A stretch of 21,531 nt of DNA from Deltaproteobacteria bacterium (GTDB taxonomy: Bacteria; Myxococcota_A; UBA9160; SMWR01), in NCBI GenBank assembly GCA_032128375.1, contig JAQBGU010000192.1, forward strand, positions 1-21,531, in the 5' to 3' direction. The notes beneath the pieces are model-generated. The model did not search any database. It was not told where the DNA came from and saw nothing but the letters and a program-made list of their open reading frames with translations. The position numbers and the translations under genes were made by a program. Below are positions 1 to 5,297 of the stretch, one piece after another; positions within the stretch are counted from its first letter, which is position 1, and each line of letters begins with the position of its first letter.

Positions 1-140
1 ACTCGCTCGGACAAAGTGCAGTTGATGCGTTGGAACGTGCTTCTCCGTTTCCGGTGCCGGATGAAGCGCGATGTCTGCTGAACAAGAAGCTCAACGCTAC
101 ATTCACTACTTCGACTCGCCCTGGTGACGGCCGAGATTGA
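1..140 (+). CDS. Partial CDS (5' end outside window), TonB/TolA C-terminal-like domain
   Basis: The frame starting at nt 3 is open to TGA 138-140: SLGQSAVDALERASPFPVPDEARCLLNKKLNATF... The 'AxxAxxxAxPFPxP' pattern resembles TonB_2/TolA C-terminal domains. Not in the ORF track. Confidence 0.55.
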   Translation, partial: SLGQSAVDALERASPFPVPDEARCLLNKKLNATFTTSTRPGDGRD

Positions 141-229
141 AGGCATAGTGACTGGAACGGGACGTTGGAACGGCGAGAACCACCACTGACTCACCGGAAG
201 TGGATGCGGCCGACTGAGGTCGAGCAGGG

Positions 230-445
230 GCCGTATAGGGCCGTCTGCCGTACTGGGTGCAGCCTATTTCCACCCCTTGCAGGTGCTTGCAAGGCAGGAG
301 ACGTAAGTACGCGTACCGTCTCACCTTCTCTTTGGGCTTTTAACCCGATGGTCCAGGGTTCGAGCCCCTGGCGGCCCACCAGTGAATTCAAGAGGTTGCG
401 GCGCTTCGCTGGCTTCATCGATTTCGGTAGGCGCCGTATGCCGTA
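230..445. mobile_element. Putative att site of a tRNA-Lys-targeting integrative element (core plus flanking arm-like repeats)
   Basis: The tRNA 3' fragment at 332-381 is flanked by GCCGTCTGCCGTA (240-252) and GCCGTATGCCGTA (433-445), with an extra GCCGTA at 230-235. No integrase is visible in the window. Confidence 0.65.
332..381 (+). tRNA. 3' half of tRNA-Lys(UUU); truncated, not a functional tRNA gene
   Basis: Anticodon arm TTGGG-CTTTTAA-CCCGA (332-348), variable loop TGGTC, T arm CAGGG-TTCGAGC-CCCTG (354-370), acceptor 3' strand GCGGCCC, discriminator A, CCA (379-381). No D arm or acceptor 5' strand immediately upstream. Confidence 0.9.
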
Positions 446-983
446 AGGACGTCTGCGTTCGAATTCAGGCCTCACCCGGCGCAAGCCCATCGCTCGCGTA
501 AACGATTGCATTGTCGTCGCGCTTGAGTTCCGGCCGGGCATGTGCCCAGGACAACATTTCTCCAGGTTGCGTCACTTGTATAACCTACGCCGTTGCACTG
601 AGGCTTCTGGCCAGACTTCGACCGCCTTCGCCCGGCCTCAGTGTCCGTGCGTGATCACCAGCACGGGGCTCTGGAGCCCGAGTTACCTGGAGAGGGCCCG
701 GGGTGGGTGACTGCCCAGGTCTACTCGACAGCCGAGTTTCCTCCACAGCCGGTTGCGGCGGCCGTGGTGGTGGATTTGCGTGAGCCACGCGAGACCACTG
801 GACAGAGCCAGTAGCGAGCTGGGCTCGGGTACAACGCGATAGATATCGTCATTGTGGGAGAAAATGTGTGAAGACCACGCGGAGCGCGAGAAGAGTGGTA
901 GATGTCGAACAGGTTCCCCGTTGCGGGGTCTCTCATGCTGCCTGACAGACGTCGCGCCGGCACGTCGATAGAGGACAAGGGTA

Positions 984-1629
984 GTGCCAATCCAGCCGCG
1001 GAGCGACCTCTCCCGGGAAGGGGCGGGCGCTGAACGCCCAGCGGGACTCGACTACATCGCCGATTTTCTGGGCACGGATGTACAGGCCGAGATCGCTGCG
1101 TTCCTGCTTGGCCAGCCACGCGACCGATGGTCGCGTCAGACGATGATGAACAACCCGTCGCGGCGTCGTATGTTGTGCTTCGGATACAACTACTACAACT
1201 ACTACTACAACTACGAAACGAGTTCTCGGAGTCTCACCGTCGCAGAACCGCTTCCTCCGATTCTGATCGCCCTGCGAGAGAAAGCCGCTGCAGCAGCGGG
1301 TTTGGATGCGCGGTCGTTCGTCCAGGCCATCGCGAATGACTACGCGACTGGAGCGGGATTCACCGGTGCGCATGTAGATGCACTGGTCTTCTGGCCAGAC
1401 ATCCTCGGTGTTTCTTTGCTCGGTCCGGCCGAGATGCGCTTGCGCAACCCGGCCACGCATACGGGCAAGGCCGGGAAGCCGCCGATCGGCTACAGGCTTC
1501 GCCTGGACCCCGGGTCACTGCTGATGCTGCGAGGTCCCGCGCGCGGTCTGGCTCCACGAGCTGGCGCCCGTCCAATCGCGTCGGCTCTCGGTGACGTTGC
1601 GGTCACTCGCCGATGCGACGGGCCGGTGA
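984..1629 (+). pseudogene. AlkB-like 2OG-Fe(II) dioxygenase, frameshifted near 1539-1546
   Basis: Frame 1 has PAGLDYIADFL, RRMLCFGYNY, NDY..GAG..HVD, GVSLLG and L.PGSLL.LRGPAR. The family C-terminal motif WLHELAPVQSRRLSVTLR continues in the +1 frame from 1546 to TGA 1627-1629. The 984..1745 ORF has a spurious tail. Confidence 0.85.
1185..1214 (+). repeat. In-frame TAC/AAC microsatellite encoding YNYYNYYYNY
   Basis: TACAACTAC TACAACTAC TAC TACAACTAC inside the AlkB-like gene. Confidence 0.9.
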
Positions 1630-1741
1630 TCGTTGCTTCTGCGATAAGCCGCGCGCAACCGAAGCCTTTTCCGTGGTGGCGCCGCATTCCAGACACCGCG
1701 GCCCGTGACGATTCCGCGCGCCGCGCCCTCACCAACCCCCG

Positions 1742-2437
1742 CTAGCAGGGTTGGGTGGACCCTGGCATCGGGGTCGATCGGCGGGCTGCGGATGCGGTGA
1801 TGACGAGAGTGAGTGCCAGAGCGGCCAGCGCCAGCGGAGAGAGTGCGGGCACGGGGGCTGCTCCGTCGACGACGATGTTGTCGATCGCTATGCCGAGACC
1901 CGGAGTCGCAGAGGACAGGCTGACGGCGTCGAGGTTCACGTAGGTTGCGGGCAACGTGAGCGTCTGGAAGTCGGGCTGACCGCCCGGGCCGTCGGCGATG
2001 CCGTCCGTCAAAAAGCCCATCGGAGGCGGTGCGCCGGCACCGAAGGCCACGATGAGCACGTTCACCGGACCGGACGACGGGTCGGATTCGGCGATGTCGA
2101 TCTTCAGCAGATCGAATGGATCGCACCCCGCACAAACGCCGCCGGGTTCGGCCTTGATCAGGATGATGTTCCCGAAGCCCGAATTGAAGTTGCGATGATA
2201 TTTCGTCGCGTTGCTCGGGCAGCTCGGCGCACATCCGACGCCGTCCTCGATCGCCGACAATCCGGTCGTCCCCACGTAGTAATAAGCAGGAACGCCAATC
2301 GCGAGATCCGTGCCGGACGGGAGCAGGCCGAGAGGTTCTGTCTCGTAGTCGAGGTTCGCCGCAGTGGCTGCCGACGACAGGACCAGAGTTGCGATCCAGA
2401 CAGCGACTCGCGTCGCGATGGCCGCGTTGGCGTGCAT
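1742..2437 (-). CDS. Secreted surface protein with IPTL-CTERM-like sorting signal (231 aa)
   Basis: ATG at 2437 preceded by GGGAGGA. Signal peptide ending AATA. C-terminus ...IAIDNIVVDGAAP-VPALSPLALAALALTLVITASAARR (motif, TM helix, basic residues), as in exosortase substrates. Confidence 0.8.
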   Translation of the reverse strand: MHANAAIATRVAVWIATLVLSSAATAANLDYETEPLGLLPSGTDLAIGVPAYYYVGTTGLSAIEDGVGCAPSCPSNATKYHRNFNSGFGNIILIKAEPGGVCAGCDPFDLLKIDIAESDPSSGPVNVLIVAFGAGAPPPMGFLTDGIADGPGGQPDFQTLTLPATYVNLDAVSLSSATPGLGIAIDNIVVDGAAPVPALSPLALAALALTLVITASAARRSTPMPGSTQPC

Positions 2438-2482
2438 GCAGAATCCTCCCTGATGGCTGGAAGCTCGTCGCACCGAAATTCA

Positions 2483-2498
2483 AGCAATTCTGATGCCA
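2483..2498 (-). promoter_or_regulatory. sigma54 (-24/-12) promoter of the IPTL-CTERM-like gene
   Basis: The minus strand reads TGGCATCAGAATTGCT: GG-N10-GC spacing with TGGCA and TTGCT, 46 nt upstream of the start codon. Confidence 0.75.
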
Positions 2499-2876
2499 TC
2501 CGCCAGCCGAATCGCAGATCGTCTTTCGCACTGCAGTGTTACGCCATCTCGCGTGATCCGAGAACGCGTCAGTCTGTGGAACCGGACTGCCCAAATCCGC
2601 GAAATGTTTTCCTCACTGCCGGGCGAAAGCTGTCTCTACATCCGGGCCAGCGCAGCGCTTCGATTCCGGCGGGAGACGCGGTCGCGAACCGCTACCCGCC
2701 GCGGGCCAGACGCGTGGACCGCGCCCGGGCGGCGCTATGATCCGGGTCCGAATTCCAGCAGTGCGAGAAGCTGACCGAGCGGGGACGCGGGCTGATGCGA
2801 TCGGCATTGACGCCCGAGGAGGCCGAGCGACCCTCCCGAGCGCAAAACAACCAAACCACGAGGCACTGCTACCCAA

Positions 2877-3512
2877 ATGACCTTTCGCTCCTTGCGGCGG
2901 AGTATCGAAGCGTCGGTCGTGATCCTGCTAGCCCTGCTGGTGGCATCGGGTTCCGGACAGCAGGAAGTCGCGCCGCGCATCGACGAGAATCAGGGGCTCG
3001 CCATCGCTCCTTACGCGGCGCAGATCTTGCAACTCGCCGCGTTGGATCCGGTGCTCGCCGTGACGCTGATCCCGGACCCCTGGGTCGACTTCCTGGTCGC
3101 TGGCGCCCTCGGCATCGAGGCCGAGGTCGCCGTGCGTCCATCCGAAATCGATCCTCCCCGGCGCTGGCCGATCGGCCCCTGGACGGGCCCCAACTCGCTC
3201 GCCTCGGCGATCGGCGCAGTGGATCCGGCGTCGCTGGCCGCGCTCTACCGGGAACTGAAGCCACGCCTTGCCGTGCGCTGCCGACAACACGGACTGTCAA
3301 TTGCCAAGTGCGATCGCGTGATGCGCGCCACGGGCTCGAGGCTCTCCGATCGCTCGGTGCTCGAACGGGCGGCCAGCGGATCCAGCTCTCCGATCACGCC
3401 GACCCAGCGCGCACTCGCCCGACTCGGAGTGCCCGTCGTGACCGTGCTGCGGGATCAGATTCGACTGTTTGGAATCGCGCTGTGGGGGCCTTCGTGGAGT
3501 GTGGGCAGTTGA
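2877..3512 (+). CDS. Hypothetical membrane-anchored protein, remotely DUF3014-like (211 aa)
   Basis: N-terminal hydrophobic segment. 'VDPASLAALYRELKPRL' and 'ITPTQRALARLG' resemble the two conserved blocks I recall from DUF3014 proteins. GC3-rich codon use. Confidence 0.55.
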   Translation: MTFRSLRRSIEASVVILLALLVASGSGQQEVAPRIDENQGLAIAPYAAQILQLAALDPVLAVTLIPDPWVDFLVAGALGIEAEVAVRPSEIDPPRRWPIGPWTGPNSLASAIGAVDPASLAALYRELKPRLAVRCRQHGLSIAKCDRVMRATGSRLSDRSVLERAASGSSSPITPTQRALARLGVPVVTVLRDQIRLFGIALWGPSWSVGS

Positions 3513-3739
3513 GTAGCGCTCTCGGCGTGTGACGGCAGAATCGGGCTGATTCTCGGACAAACTCCGTTTGTCTTCCTGCGCACGCGGCGCAGCGACGTCT
3601 TCTAAGCAGATCCCGAATAGCGGTGGCAGGGGATCCGATCCAGCGGATCAAGTGGGTCCAAAGCCGGCGTTTCAGCGTTGACCACCGCGACGCACAATGC
3701 GAGGATGGCGTAATCGCGAAGTTTTGAGGAGCGTCCGAA

Positions 3740-4063
3740 ATGAAGCGTTTCACTGCAGTCCTAGCGTTGGTAGTCACTCTGTGTATCGCCGTTTCACCGA
3801 CCGCCCACGCGGACACTTACACGAGTCGTTACTGGAATCCCTGGGGTGAGGCGATCAAGGATATCGGTACGAGAATCAAAGATCTGTACGACGAGAGTCC
3901 TGGGCTCTTCATGCTGGCTTCGCCGTACATTGTGGCGGGCTCTGTGGGTTACGTGGCGGTCATGACGCTGCCCTTCGCTGTAACGACGATGTTCTGGTCG
4001 GCCGGACGGGTGGGAAATTCGTTTTCGGGAGACGACGAATCCTCGGAGTCAGACGACGACTGA
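3740..4063 (+). CDS. Small secreted/membrane hypothetical protein (107 aa)
   Basis: GAGGAG Shine-Dalgarno, signal peptide MKRF...AHA, internal hydrophobic segment, acidic tail. Confidence 0.75.
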   Translation: MKRFTAVLALVVTLCIAVSPTAHADTYTSRYWNPWGEAIKDIGTRIKDLYDESPGLFMLASPYIVAGSVGYVAVMTLPFAVTTMFWSAGRVGNSFSGDDESSESDDD

Positions 4064-4192
4064 AAGTTTTGATGCACAAACACACGCGGCGCTCGACAAG
4101 TTCTTACATCGGATCCTCGGGCTCAACCGGTCGACGCAACGCGCTGATTGAATACCTCTGCTGGGAAATGGAAGTCAGCACCTTTCGAGGAC

Positions 4193-4250
4193 GCTGATTC
4201 AGCTGATTCAACTGATTCACTTGATTCAACTGAACAGCAATCCTGTTCAG
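4193..4250. repeat. Four 9-bp tandem units (nnTGATTCA) followed by an 8-bp inverted repeat
   Basis: GCTGATTCA GCTGATTCA ACTGATTCA CTTGATTCA (4193-4228), then CTGAACAG-N5-CTGTTCAG (4230-4250). Confidence 0.85.
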
Positions 4251-4312
4251 GTCCGCTGCAAACGCATTCCAGGTGTATAGACGGCCCGCGATTCGATTCG
4301 ACGCGTGGATGC

Positions 4313-4341
4313 TTGACACATTGCAGCGGAACACTCATAAC
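4313..4341 (+). promoter_or_regulatory. Putative sigma70 promoter, possibly giving a leaderless mRNA
   Basis: TTGACA (4313-4318), 17-nt spacer, CATAAC (4336-4341), ATG at 4349. Confidence 0.55.
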
Positions 4342-4348
4342 AGGGCGT

Positions 4349-5278
4349 ATGTTCGAGCGATCCCAACTTCTGTCGGCCGCATTTGTCGCGACTGCTGTCG
4401 GGCTCATCTTCGCGCTCGGCGCCAGCGCAGATGCCATCGAAGCGGAGGACTCGTCAGTCGCTAGCTCCGAATTCGCTGACGATTTGACGGCCGACGAGAT
4501 CTATCGACGCGTTCTCGACAACCGCTTCGCCGCCTCGGTCCAGGTGCTTTCGATTGTCTCGAAGGACCGCAGCGGCAACCAACAGCAGATTCAAATGACG
4601 ATGATGTGGAAGCGCTATGCGGAACCGGGCGCTTCCAAAGAAGGCGTGTTGTCGAAATCGCTGATCCGATACGACGAGCCCAGCGACCTGCGCGGAACCG
4701 GGTACCTGATCATCAACAAGGAGGACCTGCCGAACGACCAGTTCATCTATCTCCGCAGCTTGAAGCGAGTGCGGCGCATCAACCTGCGCGGTGAAACGAT
4801 GGCCGGCACCGACCTGTCGTTGGAAGACATCGTTCCGCGCGAGATGGACGACGCCACCTACACACGTGTACCAGACGAATTGATCAACGAAAGGGCGTGC
4901 TTCGTCGTCGAGGCGACGCCGACTGAGGCACTCAGCTCCGAGTACTCGAAATTCCGGCTCTATGTCGAGAAGGACCACTACGTGCCGTTGCGGACGCGCT
5001 ACTGGGATCGGGCCGGTGTGGAGATCAAAGAGCTGCGCGCACGGGTCGCTTCGATTCGCGAGATCGAGGGGGTCTGGTTTCCGCTGCGGTCGACAATGTC
5101 GCAGCTACTCGACGAGACGGCGACCAGTCTCGAGATCGAGTCACTGATCCCCAACCCTGTGATCGAAGACCGCTTCTTCACGCAGCGTCAACTCGAAGCG
5201 AAGAAGCTGCGGATGCCGGCTGGGGTGACGGCCAAAATTCGGGACTTCGGGGCGGCCGATGCGGTGGGCGCGCAGTAA
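4349..5278 (+). CDS. LolA-like outer membrane lipoprotein-sorting family protein (309 aa)
   Basis: Signal peptide from ATG 4349. Motifs P.DLRGTGYL, DQFIYL.SLKRVRRI, GTDLSLEDI and Y.DRAG..IK.L are typical of the LolA_like/DUF1329-related family. Confidence 0.85.
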   Translation: MFERSQLLSAAFVATAVGLIFALGASADAIEAEDSSVASSEFADDLTADEIYRRVLDNRFAASVQVLSIVSKDRSGNQQQIQMTMMWKRYAEPGASKEGVLSKSLIRYDEPSDLRGTGYLIINKEDLPNDQFIYLRSLKRVRRINLRGETMAGTDLSLEDIVPREMDDATYTRVPDELINERACFVVEATPTEALSSEYSKFRLYVEKDHYVPLRTRYWDRAGVEIKELRARVASIREIEGVWFPLRSTMSQLLDETATSLEIESLIPNPVIEDRFFTQRQLEAKKLRMPAGVTAKIRDFGAADAVGAQ

Positions 5279-5297
5279 GGCCCATCCGAAAGCGGTC

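Noticed and set aside
228..381. GGGCCGT (228-234, 238-244) could pair with the tRNA acceptor strand GCGGCCC, suggesting an interrupted tRNA
   Set aside because: No D arm follows and the ~100-nt insert has no intron features. The arm-repeat explanation fits better.
1185..1214. AAC/TAC codon run as a diversity-generating retroelement template repeat
   Set aside because: Only 30 bp, with no partner variable repeat and no reverse transcriptase in the window.
1732..1754. CCAACCC/GGGTTGG hairpin at the IPTL-CTERM-like stop as a terminator
   Set aside because: It overlaps the CDS end and has no U tract on either strand.
1515..2740. Long ORFs 1515..2594 (-) and 1751..2740 (+)
   Set aside because: Arg-rich shadow frames of the IPTL-CTERM-like gene with no motifs.
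4148..4348. N-terminal extension of the LolA-like ORF
   Set aside because: It would bury the signal peptide, and the region contains a promoter-like element and tandem repeats.
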